Shown here piece after piece: positions 1 through 12,989 of a stretch of 64,000 bases of DNA; the stretch's first letter is position 1; every line of letters begins with the position of its first letter. The stretch lies in assembly GCF_001194135.2 (NCBI RefSeq), contig NC_068982.1, positions 48,336,540 to 48,400,539 on the forward strand, read 5' to 3'. The position numbers and the translations under genes were made by a program. The notes under the pieces were generated by a model. That model did not search any database. It was not told the DNA's origin and saw nothing but the letters and a program-made list of their open reading frames with translations. This DNA is from Octopus bimaculoides. Taxonomy: Eukaryota.

Positions 1-360
1 ATCTGCTTCCCCTCTGGCTAAATAAACTTGTCGCCTAGCCTCCCTTCTGGCACATTGGTACAATTCCCTGCTACCACCGTTCTTCCAGTCCTTCCAAGCC
101 TTTTTCTTTTGTCTAATAGCCCTCACCACCTCAGCCCAGGTCTTCCTGGGCCTACCTCTTCCACGGGTTCCCTCAACTGTTAGGGTGTGGCACTTTTTCA
201 CGCAGCTATCCTCCTCCATTCTCACCACATGTCCATACCAGCGCAATCGTCTCTCTTGCACTCCACAACTGATGCTTCTAATGTTCAGCTTTTCTCTCAA
301 GATACTTACACTCTGACGAGTATTCACATTGACATTACACATCCAACGGAGCATACTGGC
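1..360 (-). mobile_element. RTE-clade LINE coding fragment with an internal junction (continues beyond window start)
   Basis: Stop-free 120-codon frame: ASMLRWMCNV...LRWYGHVVRMEEDSCVKKC...GRGRPRKTWAEVVR (RTE C-terminus), then AIRQKKKAWKDWKNGGSRELYQCARREARRQVYLARGEAD (resembles the EN-RT linker). Confidence 0.85.
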
Positions 361-710
361 TATATTATATTATATTATATTATTTTATATTATATTATAT
401 ATTATATTATATTGTGTATATATATATGTGTGTATGTATATACACATACACACATATGTACAAGATATCATTACACTTCATGCTTTTATACACTCTGAGA
501 GAAATATAAAAGAATATTTGAGTGGCTGTGTATTGTATGTTTTGATGTTTTGTGTTTTGGAAGGCATGTGTGGTATGGTGTGTGTATTTGCTCTTGGTTC
601 TGTATGTGTGTGTGTGTGTATGGTCCAATAGGTTACAATATACGTGTAGGTGTGTATGCATGTGTGTGTGTACAAATAAACCTCCACACACATACACACA
701 CACACAATAT
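361..710. repeat. Compound (TATAT)n/(TG)n/(CA)n microsatellite tract
   Basis: Directly visible. It is the source of the first ORF-track entries. Confidence 0.9.
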
Positions 711-1151
711 ATACATGGTTTGCCTTTGGCTTGCAACTCCTTGATGAAATCACAGGAGTACTGTTTGTGACATATGGCATATCCCAGAGACATTTAAATC
801 TAGTAGAGTCCATCCCTCTGTGCATTTAATCACAGCTGATTTCAGATGGAAAGAAAGACTGAGATAAAGTATGGAACCAAGAATCAATCTGGTATTTTAT
901 TTACTGAATTTGAAAGAACAAAATACAAACTGATCTTGGTAGGATTTGAACTCACAGAAAAGAGTGTTAGAATAATAACCACAATCTATCTGGCATTAAC
1001 AACTCTGCCAATTGTCCACCTTGAAATATATAAGTTGATTTTGATAGTATTTGAATGCAGAACATAAAATGTTAGAATAAATACCACAAGGTATTTTGTC
1101 CAATACTTAGAATTCTGCTAAATCAACCACACACACACACACACACATACA

Positions 1152-1188
<37 letters not shown>

Positions 1189-1667
1189 ACACACACACAA
1201 CTCACACACACATATAGATGTACACATACACATCAACATATATTCACACACAAACATACATTATACATGTGTACATACATTCATATATATATATATATAG
1301 ATAGATAGATACCCACACATATACATACATAGAGCCATATATATACATGTATACATGCATGAGAATGAGTGTAGTGTATCTGTTTATACCTCCAATTATC
1401 AGTGTATCAACCTGCATATGTCTTTAAATGCGTGTGTATATGAGCAAGTTCAATGTTAACAGTGTGTAAAAACCATAAAACCATATACATACAAAGCTAT
1501 GTTTTAGACCTAATAATAGTTTATTCTCAGCTTTTTTCCAAGAAATGATGAGCAAGTGTAATATAACATAAGAATAAATATAAGTATCAAATTGCTTCAA
1601 CGAGGGCTGCTGCTGCCAATCTAAGCTTGCTGCAGCAGTGAAAGGAACATAAAGAGACATGACTTAC

Positions 1668-1805
1668 CATTCCACGTTCATCCATATCAGTCAACATAAC
1701 TATCACTCTTGCTTGTTGTTCCCATACCATTCTCCAAAAATCTGCAACTGTACATTCCAAAGGGGCTTGAGTTGCAATGTAAGCTCTTCTTTCCTCATTT
1801 GGACC
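1668..1805 (-). CDS. Receptor-type PTP, IATQ/DFWRMVW exon (138 nt, phase 0-0)
   Basis: tattatttctacag|GGTCCA...GGAATG|gtaagt. Encodes [46 protein letters not shown], i.e. PTP motifs 4-6. Confidence 0.95.
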
Positions 1806-2064
1806 CTGTAGAAATAATAGTTAACATGATACATTGAAATTACAGATAAATTATGTAGGTTAATGTAGATGAGAAAACATTGACACTATTAAGTGCATAG
1901 ATAAAGCTTTTTCTCTTTTGTAGTGGATGGAAGTTGTGGAAGAGGGAGGCCCAGAAAGACTTAGGACAAAGTATTGAAAGCCAATCTCAAAATGCTGAAC
2001 CTTACAAACGAGATAACAGAGTGCCGAGATATGTGGTGCATTGAGATCCTAAAACCAAGGTGTC

Positions 2065-2330
2065 ACATAAAAAGCATTGATGTGGGTGCTGGTGTCATGT
2101 AAAAAGTACTGGTGTCACATAAAAAGCACTGGTGACGGTGCCACATAAAAACACCCAGTACCCTCTGTAAAGTGGTTGGTGTCAAGAAGGCATCCAACCA
2201 TAGAAACCAAGCCAAGACAGACTATGGAACCTGGTGCGACCCCCAGCCATGCCATTTCCTGTCAAGCCCACCAGCCCATGCCATCATTGGAAAACAGATG
2301 TTAGATGTTGATGAATATGATAATTATGAG
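2065..2330 (+). mobile_element. RTE-type 3'-end repeat (short tandem GTGCCACRTAAAAAGCAC units, (GAT)n-like tail)
   Basis: Tandem units followed by ...ccatgcca-catggaaaacagatgtta-gatgatga, a tail shared with many copies in the window. Confidence 0.7.
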
Positions 2331-2581
2331 GTGTTAACTGTTTATGAGTTTTAGAGAAGATGAGAATGTTAACATGTATGTTCTTTATCAGTAACATTAA
2401 CTAGCCATGAGAAATTAATAAGTTTCTGTTGGGAATTAAAGCTACAAGTTGGATACATTGCATTCATTAAATTTCTGAAATGAAAAATTATTGTTATTAT
2501 GGACTGATACATCTGGTTGCTATAGTTACAGTGTAAAAGGTCTTATTCTTGCAAATCAGGATTGGGTCTAATCCACTAGAC

Positions 2582-2869
2582 CAGGGGTTTTCAAACTGTG
2601 GTCCCCGGACCACAGGGGGTCCGCAAGGACAAGACAGGGGGTCCGTGGGACAGCAAATACTTTTTATGGTCAATTTGATTTTATATATGTTTTTTAATCG
2701 AAATCTTTTAATTGACAATAAACCTATTTGTTAAATACTGTTAAATAAATAAATGTAAAAATATATGTTATTTTAAGCAAATATTTATGTATAAATTTCA
2801 TAAGCGTTTACCTAAGGTAAAGCCTGAAATATAAAGGGGTCCACATGTCAGAAAGTTTGAAAACCTCTG
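2582..2869. mobile_element. hAT-superfamily MITE
   Basis: TIRs CAGGGGTTTTCAAACT / AGTTTGAAAACCTCTG. Perfect 8-bp TSD CACTAGAC at 2574-2581 and 2870-2877. Confidence 0.92.
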
Positions 2870-3259
2870 CACTAGACTGCTATCCAGGCAATATACACCA
2901 GAATATACATAACACATCAAGAGTCTGTAACTGCCATGGGGAACATCATGGCAAGAAAACTCCTCACTTCACATTCCAGGAGACCTCCATTTGTAAGCGT
3001 GACCAGTTTCTGTAATGCGCTGTTAACACAATCATAGCAGGGAGATAACTCTCTAACTATGAAGAATGACAGGACATGCTAGAATATTAAATAGTAGTTT
3101 GGCTGTTGTATCCTCTGGCCTTCTTCAAGTCTGTTGGTTGTATTTAGCCTCATAAGAAGGTGGTATCTTGAGGATGTTTCCTTACAGTTAGTATGACATA
3201 GTTAATGTCTTTACTTTGGGTTTTGTTGTCAACTGATGCTTTTGGTCTTTAGCATAGAC

Positions 3260-3945
3260 CAGTGATTCTCAATCATTTTTTTGCATATAGACCCTTTTGA
3301 TTCTTATTTTACTCAGATGGCTGCCCTGCCATCTTTGTAACCATTTGATATTTAAAACATCGCATTATATAGTCACGGCTGTGACTGTGTGGTAAGAAGC
3401 TTGCTTCCTAACCACATGGTTTCAGGTTCAGTCCCACTATGTGACACCTTGGGCAAGTGTCTTTTACTATAGGTTCAGGTTGAACAAAGTCTTGGGAGTG
3501 GATTTGGTAGATGGGAACTGAAGGAAGCCCATTGTAGATATAAATATGTTTATGTCTATGTGTGTGTCTTTGTGTCTGTGTTTGTCCCCACCATGACTTG
3601 ACAACTGGTGTTGGAGTGTTTACATCTCAGTAACTTATTGGTTTGGCAAAAAGAGACTGATACAATAAGTACTCTGCTTAAAAAAAATAAGTCCTGGGAT
3701 TGAGTTGTTCCACTAAAACCCTTCAAGTGAGTGTCCCAGCATTGTTGCAGTCAAATGACTGAAACAAGTAAAAAAATAAAAGAGAATGCTATTTTGATAA
3801 CTAAATTTTATCAAGAATTATATAAAGAATAGTTAAAATATTTTGCATATTTTAGTAGTATGACCAATTTATTTCACATAAATTTTAGCAGCAAAATCTC
3901 ATGCGGGCCTCTAAGGGGCTTATGGACACAGGTTGAAAACCACAA
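3260..3945. mobile_element. Older hAT-like MITE interrupted by a SINE
   Basis: Ends CAGTGATTCTCAATC / GGTTGAAAACCACAA. Degenerate 8-bp flanks GCATAGAC / GTGTAGCC. Confidence 0.6.
3371..3785 (+). mobile_element. tRNA-derived SINE, family A (GTGGCTGTGTGGTAAGAAG head, CORE-like CCTTGGGCAAGTGTC)
   Basis: A/B-box-like head, central (TG)n and tail AGTCAAATGACTGAAACAAGTAAAA. More than 15 homologous copies occur in the window. Confidence 0.85.
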
Positions 3946-4415
3946 GTGTAGCCAGTAGTACATGTTAAAGATTTTCTGATGCTCCTGGATGGCAGAAAAG
4001 CAACAAGGTGAGATGCTATAAAACATGTCAGGATTTTAGTGTGGGTTATTTGTCCCATTTTATTTTAAGTAGCCATGTACAATCTTTTCAGTGAACTTGG
4101 TCTATTTTTTGGATTTTGTAGTAGAGTCAAGAAAGATTATTAATGTTCTTAACGAGAGATGTGTCAGCTTTTATTTCGTTTCACTCCTCAAGTTCATTAG
4201 CTATCTTAATTGTGGGCATGTGTGTATGCATGGTAAGTCTGTATGTATCTGTCTATCTATGGGCATATATGTATTTATCTTGCAAACTAGCAATTAATAA
4301 GAGTATCAATGTATCTACCTACAATATCAATCTATCTATACAGTGTGTGGTTACCTGTGTGCTTTCTATAATGTATGTGTTCTGTGTGCATGCATGTGTG
4401 TGCATATATATATAC

Positions 4416-4450
<35 letters not shown>

Positions 4451-4460
4451 NNNNNNNNNN

Positions 4461-4502
<42 letters not shown>

Positions 4503-4850
4503 AAAATGCATAGATATATGTATATGTATTTGTGTGTGTATATATATATATAAAACTAGATTGATTGTGTATCAAAGATAGAGAAGATTATTATCAATTT
4601 TACTGTTGAATCTTCTAATTGCCTTTACACATGAACTTATCCTTCAAGACAATTTCTTTCTCTTTCTATTAAAATCACCATTTCTCTCAACAACATCCTT
4701 ACCTGAAGTACACCTTTCACACATCAGTAAATCTTTTTTCTCCTTCCTTTTTATACACCCAACCTAATTTATTTTTGAAATCCATATTTTGCAGTTTTCT
4801 TCTATTTTATAAAAATTTCAAATTAATTTCAATTTACCAATACTTATTTA

Positions 4851-4881
<31 letters not shown>

Positions 4882-5611
4882 ATCTCTCTCTCACTCTCTC
4901 TCTCTCTCTCCCTCTCTCTCAAGAACAGTTTTCGTTCTTTTCCTTCTTTTATTGTTAATGGGTTTGAAATTACCTTGCGCATAATCTCTTCAGTTTTAAC
5001 AAGCTTATCTAAATTTTTATCCATTTTATTTTTGTCAACACTATTTATTAATAAACTTTATTGTTTTTATTATTGCTGCAGTTGTTGTTGTTTTATATTT
5101 TTTCAATTGTTAATGAAAAAAGATATGCTAACCTAATTATTGTCTGCTGATTTTACCATAATTCATAAGTTACTTACATAACATTCAATTCTGCTTAATG
5201 GACATTTTTTGAATAAGTATTCACTGTGATAAATAAATCTATCTTCAGGCATTATGTTAACAGAAAATACCATGACATTCCAATGTATTAAAATAAACAT
5301 ATCTATATTTGTAAAGTCACATGGCCTAGTGGTTAGGGTGCTGCATTCATGATCTTGTGGTCATAATTTCAATTCTCATACTAGTGGTGCATTGTATTCT
5401 TGAGCAAATCAGTTCATTTCACACTGCCCCAGTCCACTAAGCTGTAAATAGGTAATCCTGTAAAGGACTGGCATTCTGTTCAGAAGGAATGTCCACCTGC
5501 CTGCCCAGCCAGTGGGATGGCATTATTTGAAAGCTACTACAATGTACAATGTGAGGAAACGGATTGTGACCAGTGGTGTATAACAACATCCCATAGTCTG
5601 ATTGGTACAAT

Positions 5612-6140
5612 CTTCATCATCATCATCGTTTAACATCCGCTTTCCATGCTAGCATGGGTTGGATGATTTGACTGAGGACTGGCAAGCAAGAAGGCTAAAC
5701 CAGGCTCCAATCTGATTTGGCAGAGTTTCTACAGCTGGATGCCCTTCCTAACGCCAACCACTCAGAGAGTGTAGTGGGTGCTTTTACGTGCCACCGGCAC
5801 GAAGGCCAGTCAGGAGGTACTGGCAACGACCACGCTCAAAATGGTGTATTTTACGTGCCACCTGCACAGGAGTCAGNNNNNNNNNNGGCCAGTCAGGAGG
5901 TACTGGCAACGACCACGCTCAAAATGGTGTATTTTACGTGCCACCTGCACAGGAGTCAGTCCAGCAGCACTGGCAACGATCTCACTCGAATGTCTTTACA
6001 CATGCCACCGGCACAAGTGCCAGGAAGGCGACGCTGGGCACAGGTGCCATCACGATTTCACTTTCGCTTGCCACAACAGGTCTTTGCAAGCCGAGTTTCG
6101 TGTCCAATGAAGGAGATGACGTTGGCATGGGTGCCAGTCG
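5612..6140 (-). mobile_element. RTE-type 3'-end repeat with expanded internal tandem units (spans an N gap)
   Basis: (CAT)n-GTTTAACATCCGCTTTCCATGCTAGCATGGGTTGG end, followed by CpG-rich repeated units. Confidence 0.8.
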
Positions 6141-7024
6141 TCAAATTTACAAAAAAGCAAAAAGGTAAGAACATGGTATTTGATATCCTCTACACATCCC
6201 ATTTCCATTAGGTAAGTAAAATATATGTGAAGGTGTGTGACTTATTGGTCAGGATATTTGGCTCACAATTGTTTGGTTGTGAATTTGATTTCCGGCAATG
6301 CATTGTGCCCTTGAGCAAGACACTTTATTTCACATTGCTCTAGTTCACTCAGCTGACAAAAAAAAGTTGTGCATGTATTTCAAAGGACCCACCTTGTCAC
6401 ATTCTGTGTCACGCTGAAACACACACACACGCATACATATATATATGACGGGCTTCTTTTAGTTTCTGTCTATCAAATCCACTTGCAAGGCTATAGTAGA
6501 AGTCTTACCCAAGGTGCCACACAAAGGGACTGAATCTGGAACCATGTTGGTAATCAAACTTCTTGCCACGCAGCCATGCCTGCACTTCAACAAAAAGTAG
6601 TTTCAAGCGTGACATTCCTCAACAAAAGATAAATTGATACATAAAACTACTTTCTGCAGTTAAGAGTAATAAAATTTTGAGTAGATATATCTGATTTCTG
6701 CAGTAAAAGGATTAAAGACCATTGATCATGGACTTTTCTGTTTGGATTATTTCTCCTTTTGACATAACCAAAATTCTGTTCTGATGGCCTGCAAATTTAT
6801 TGTTCAAATGTTTTTTCTCAGCTATGCATATAAATCTGTTGTTGATTTTCAGGTCAATGATAAAGTTGTCGATAACATAGGTTTAGTTGGTTGTTATAAC
6901 ACCAACAATACTACATCAATACCCTCAACTGCAGTAGCAGCAGTAATGCCACCGTCACCACAATCACCACCGTCGCTACCACCACCACCACCACCACCAC
7001 CACAGTCACTGTCATCATCACTAC

Positions 7025-7410
7025 TGAACCATTATTTTTTTTAGCTTTTACTTGTTACAGTTATCAGGCTGCAGCTATGCAGGGGCACCACCTTCAAGAA
7101 CTTTTAGTCAGATTATTCGAATCCGAGACTTATTTTTTAAAGCATGGTATTTATCCTTCTGCCGATGGGGAAATAAACAAACCAGCGCCAGTTGTCAAGT
7201 GGTGGTGGTGGTGGTGGTGGGGAGACAAACACAGACACAAAGACACATACACACGCACACACACACACTCACACCTTTGAATTTCCTTCTACCAAATCCA
7301 CTCACAAGGCTTTGGTCAACGCAGAGCTATAGTAGAAGACACTTGCCCAAGGTGCCACACTGTGGGATTGAACCTGGAACCATTTGGTTAGGAAGCAAAC
7401 ATCTTAGCAG
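7025..7410 (-). mobile_element. tRNA-derived SINE, family A
   Basis: Reverse complement of the family A tail, body and head. Confidence 0.8.
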
Positions 7411-7605
7411 ACAGCCACAACAAGACTTAATGCAAGAATAAATAGCAGGAAGAGGCTTTCATGAGCTAATAATCTTGGAGTGTTGTTAAAGCATTGAACA
7501 TTGTTTCCAAAGTCTCTACATTTTCAGAGATAAGTTTGTTGAGATTTTTGCTAAACTTGCAATGTTAGGTGCTAGTGATTGATATAATGTTATAAAGAGC
7601 AAAAG

Positions 7606-7606
<1 letters not shown>

Positions 7607-7653
<47 letters not shown>

Positions 7654-8060
7654 GAGTGAGAGAGCAGTGCATGTCATCAAAGTAACAGTGGGGTACAAAT
7701 ATACGAAGCCCAATATACTCATCATGACTACCTGTCTAATAAGGGTACACCAGGCACATGCATCATAACCATGTGTGTGAAATGGTGATCTCATATCAAG
7801 ATAAACAGCACATGATCTTGCAGGCGTGGCTCGGTTAGAATTTTCTTCAGGCTGAGTAGCCCATCCTGCCCAAAGTGTCCCTGAATAAGGGTTGCTTAAG
7901 TATATTGAATGAAATACCCTGCAATACCCATGTTTCCAGAGGTGAATATTTCAAACCCAAAGAATTCCTCTCAACATATCGCTATGATGCTTCCCCACTA
8001 CTTCTGCTTATGATCAAAGAGTCACTGCCTGGTGTTGCATCAGGGCATATTCTTCTTCTT
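7607..8060 (-). repeat. Unclassified interspersed repeat with an (AAT)n tail
   Basis: (ATT)n run at 7607-7652 abutting a non-coding, more GC-rich 400-bp body. No second copy was seen in the window. Confidence 0.4.
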
Positions 8061-8084
8061 CTTCTTATCATTAACGTGGCAAGC

Positions 8085-8290
8085 TGCCAGAACCGTTAGC
8101 ATGCTGGGCAAAATGCTTAGTGGTATTTCATCTGCCACTATGTTCTGAGTTCCAGTTTTAAGGTTAGCTTTGCCTTTCATCCTTTCAGAGTTAATAAATA
8201 AGTACCAGTTGAGTACTGGAGTCGATGTAATTGACTAAACCCCTCCTTCAAAATTTCAGGCCTTGTGCCTTTAGTAGAAAGAATTATTAC
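8085..8290 (+). mobile_element. tRNA-related SINE, family C (GCTGGCAGAATCGTTAGC head; CCTTTCATCCTTTC body; CTTGTGCCT-TAGTAGAAAG tail)
   Basis: Homologous to copies at 26590, 44116, 45172, 45405, 54740, 57730 and 57975. Confidence 0.8.
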
Positions 8291-8986
8291 TATTATTACT
8301 ATTATTATAACTGTTCAACGTCTGATAGTTTCAGGCAAATTTCTTCTGCATCACCTGCTACACCTCCATGTTGCTGGGATGTGTGCAGCATTGTGTGTTT
8401 TTTTCTGTTGGCGGGAGTGTGCAAACTTCCTGGTATTGTATTGCCTCAGTTTTTTTCTCTTGAGGTGTGGTGCAGTCTTTTGTTGTATTACTGCTTGTAT
8501 TGTGTGTTGAGTGTGTAATGTGTTGGTTATCTGGCTTGCTGGTGCCATTGTTGTTATTATTACTAATTTTATTATAATCTATCTATTTATTTAATTTTTA
8601 ATTATGAATGCAAGATTGAATCAAAATCTTTCAGTTATGAAGTTTTACCTGAAATGCAATACTTCAGAAGGTACAATATCATAAATAATCCAGGGTTATA
8701 ATCTACAATCAGTCTCATTCTTTTTTACATTCTCCTGCTTGCTTGTCAAGGAGTTATTTTGCTTGGTTGACAAAAGTAGTCATAAGAAAACCAGTGAAAA
8801 TAGCTTCTGTGTAGCTTACACAGGATGTAGAGGAATGCAGGTTGACCTTAAGCTATTTGCACATTTAGTGTCATTATTTTATTTATACAAATACGTGAAT
8901 GTGCATGCGTGTGTGCATTTGCAAGTATAAGCCAGTATACTTGTACTTATGTGTATGTGTGCATTTGTCTGTATGTTCATGTGTTC

Positions 8987-9034
<48 letters not shown>

Positions 9035-9839
9035 ATGTGTGACATGACATACAAAGGATGTTAAACAATGCTGTTGACCTATAGTTGTTTGCCACCATAG
9101 TCACGTCCTTGTATTCATGTGTGCATGTGCCTGTGTGTGCATTTGTGTGTTTGTGAATGGGTTTTGGTACTCTTAGTCTGTTATATACAAATACAAATGA
9201 ATGCATTTATGTACACAGCCATAAATATAATAATAGATTAGATGAGAAAAGTGTTTATCAGTAGTTTATGAAAGTGTGATGCGAAAAGGAGAAGAAATCT
9301 GAGATTTCAGCCATGAGGGTAATCCAGATGATATATAAGATAACAAGAAGTATGTTGTAGGTGTTTTGAGTAGGAGATGACATGACATATTATAACAATA
9401 TTTCCAGAAGAATGTCTGTCATTGAATAAAAAAATAATTTTGAATATGTGCCACTTGCTAGCTAAACCCACTACTCCACTTATCATCACATATTTATCCC
9501 ACCGTCATTGCATTCTGTGACAAGTAAGTATAACTGATCAGCTGATTATATTTTTGCCACTTACAACATATCTCTCATTCACTAAAGACAATCACACACA
9601 TACATACTGTTTATATACATACACACACTCATGTACATATACACACGCATGCCTAAACACTTAGCCATCACTTGCAAGTGAGTATGATATAGTAGCTTAA
9701 TATACCATGGTCTTGCTAGTTGTTTTGGGTACGTATGTAGCCATGAGCCAAGCATACATAGACATGTAATCTCAGCAATCCCTCAGTTAATCCAGGTGAA
9801 TATTCAGGGTGTGACAGCAAGAGGGAAACAGAAAGATCA

Positions 9840-10110
9840 TCATTATTCATCATCATCAGTTAACATCCGTTGTCGATGCTGGCATGGGTTGGACGGGTGT
9901 GATCAGAGCTGACATGCTGAAAGGTTGCACCAGACTCCAGTCTGATTTGGCATGGTTTCTACAGCTGGATGCCCTTCCTAACACCAACCACTTTACAGAG
10001 TGTGCTGGATGCTTTTATGTAGCACTGCAAGGGTGCTTTTATGTGGCACCACATGGGTGCTTTTACGTGTCACTGCATAGACACTTTTACATGTTTCCGC
10101 ACATAAAGAT
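9840..10110 (-). mobile_element. RTE-type 3'-end repeat
   Basis: Same (CAT)n tail and TTTTAYGTGGCAC units as 5612-6140. Confidence 0.75.
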
Positions 10111-10565
10111 CTACAATTGATGTTTCACCACATCCAAACATCTACCATTGACAAGGCCAGGCAAGGCTGAAACGAAGTGAACTGGCAGTCTTAGTAGTGG
10201 TGGTGGTGGTGGTGGTGGTGGGTGATTTATTTTTCTAATAAAAGAGTGCTTATAGGCACCAAAAGCTAATATCAGATGTTTTTGCATGGTGACTTTCACA
10301 GTAATCTGTGTTCTAACAAAATTTCCACTTTTAAGTGGGGATAAATATTACATTATATTATGTTTTGAGTCTGTTGGTTTGTTGCAGATGTCAGTTGCAA
10401 TTTGGTTGTTGGATTATTTTATAATCAAAATGTCCAGAAGTAGGAGCTGTTCCTTGCTATATTCCATTATAAATCGAATATTGGAGTTTATATTGTTCAG
10501 TGTGGATTTGAAATCCAGAAGTCTATCATAGGTTTCATTTCAGATGATCAAAACAGCATCTCCTT

Positions 10566-11590
10566 TTCAGTTCATGCCATCCTAAACACACCAAAATAAA
10601 TATCCCATTCAATCTAGCAAAAAGGATCTGTACAATTGTATCTGACACAACCACTCGAGAACTTAGCCTTCAAGACCTCAAAATAACACTCATTGAATGT
10701 TAATACCCACCTGCACTTGTAGGCCATGGAATTAAACATGCCAAGAAATTGGATACAAACACACTAAGGACAACAAAACAAAACAACACACCTCACTTTA
10801 AATCACTCCCATACATATCAACCTGCAACCCCAGAAACAATGAAGCATACAACACAATTATACAAAATCTCCCTCTGCTCACTCAAGACAAGAAAAAGAA
10901 CAACATCCTAAATACACATAAACTCCTCAAATGCAAAGACAACACAAATCACTTAAGAGACTCCTAACAAATGCAAACCTATACTCAGTACATACGATAC
11001 CGACAGTTAAAAAATGCAGACGACCTAATTGTGGTACATGCCCATACCTAACTGAAGGCTCGGAATTCACATTCCAGTACGTTGTCTATGTCTTAACCTG
11101 CTCAGGTTGTGGTCATAATTATGTGGGCCAAATGAGCCTTACTTTGAGACAGAGAGTCACTCTGCTTAAAGAACAGATTAGCTTTCTTCAATACAGGCAG
11201 ATAGCCCTGAGTGAACATATTGACAGATGTACAAGAAATAAAACGCCAAATTTCCATATCTTTCGATTATACCAATGCAAAGATTCAATCTCCTTACAAG
11301 AATGCCTAAACAAGGAAAACCTGTTCATACAAAAGTACAGACCACACCTTAATATAAAAACTTGACTACCTGATCCTTACACAAACCTCTTTCAACAATT
11401 ATACTGAGGAGTTAGCTGTTCCCTTTGCTTCCTGTTGCCTCCTTTTGTCCACTCTCTAAACTCATTCTTACTTTTCAAGCATACAAAATGGCAAGACCCC
11501 TTTGTCACAAGAATTGATTGCTTCACAATGTCCCTTAAAAAGCTAATTTAAATTGCAAAAACTGGTTGGATATCACAACATCCATAATAC
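10566..11590 (+). mobile_element. Penelope-like retroelement relic (RT C-terminus plus GIY-YIG endonuclease)
   Basis: FSSCHPKHTKINIPFNLAKRICTIVSD, then frameshifted segments, CRRPNCGTCP, VVYVLTCSGCGHNYVGQ...LRQR...EH...E..FIQKYRPHLN (ORF 10931-11365). Confidence 0.9.
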
Positions 11591-11690
11591 ATATATATAC
11601 ATGTAAATTTCTTTATAAAAAGATATTAAGCAATGTAAAATGAAGGCATTTCTCTTCCACTTTTTATATATGTTTTCCACATATTTTCAA

Positions 11691-11692
<2 letters not shown>

Positions 11693-11773
<81 letters not shown>

Positions 11774-11953
11774 GATGGGCTTCTTTCAGCTTCTGTCTCT
11801 CAAATCTGCTCATAAGGCTTTGATTGGTCTGAGGCTATAGCAGACGACACTTGCCTAAGATGCTACACAGTGGGACTGAACCCAGAACCATGTGGTTGCG
11901 AAGCAAGCTTCTTACCACACAGCCACGCCTGCACACACACACACATATAGAGG

Positions 11954-12002
<49 letters not shown>

Positions 12003-12010
12003 GGATAGAT
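11693..12010 (-). mobile_element. Family A SINE 5' half embedded in (TA)n and (GATA)n microsatellites
   Basis: ACCACACAGCCAC head end near 11915-11927, with flanking (TA)n and (GATA)n. Confidence 0.75.
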
Positions 12011-12429
12011 AAATATGTATGTATCTGTGTGTGCATGATTACACACATATATGTATATATATGTGTGTGTGTGTGTGTATGTACATACATATATGTAATC
12101 ATATATTTATATATGTATGCATATGTATACACATACCAATGATTTGTATTTTGAATACATTTAATGATATGTACATTTTCAAGTGGTTATATAAAAAGTG
12201 GATATCTCCATAACCACTGGTTACAGAACTACTTGAAACGTGTATCATTAAATGTATTCAAAATCCAAATAACTGGCTTCTATCATAGTTCAAATAGTAT
12301 GGGAATCATATTTCTGACAATCTAGCCTACCTTTGCTTGGGTAATATGATTATGGTGTAATACAGACGTAGGAGTGGAATGCTGAACTAAACACTGAGGC
12401 AATGATGTATTGCATTAACATGAAATACT

Positions 12430-12800
12430 AAATATATATTAGGGTTTTTTGTTGAACCATTAAGTTACGGGGACGTAACACACCAACATTGGTTGTCAAG
12501 CAATGGTAGGGAGACAAACACAAACACACACACACATAAATACGCACACACATTCATATATACATGATGGTCTTCTTTCAGTTTCTATCTACCAAATTCA
12601 CTCACAAGGTTTTGGTCAGTCCAAGTGGAAGACACTTGCCAAAAGTGCTGTGCAGTAGGACTGAACCAAGGACCATGTGGTTGGGAAGTAAGCTTCCTGC
12701 CACACAGCCACGCCTGCACCTATATATCTTTTATCTTCTAACTTGTTTCAGTCATTGGACTGCAGCCATGCTGGAGCATTGCCTTGAATGGTTCAGTCAG
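12430..12800 (-). mobile_element. Family A SINE plus the tail of a second, truncated copy
   Basis: Reverse-complement homology to 3371-3785. Confidence 0.75.
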
Positions 12801-12835
12801 ATTAAAACAAATAAAAGATAAAAGATAAAACATAG

Positions 12836-12877
<42 letters not shown>

Positions 12878-12989
12878 AGTATTGAAAGCCAGTCTCAAGA
12901 CTGCCTTACAAAGGAGATGAGTAAGGACCAAGATATCTGGCACATTGCTGTACTCAAGAAGACTCATCTGCCACAGCAGAATTGATATG

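Noticed and set aside
5804-5960. Identical ~73-bp sequence on both sides of the 10-N gap
   Set aside because: Typical unmerged contig overlap; it cannot be distinguished from a true tandem unit without reads.
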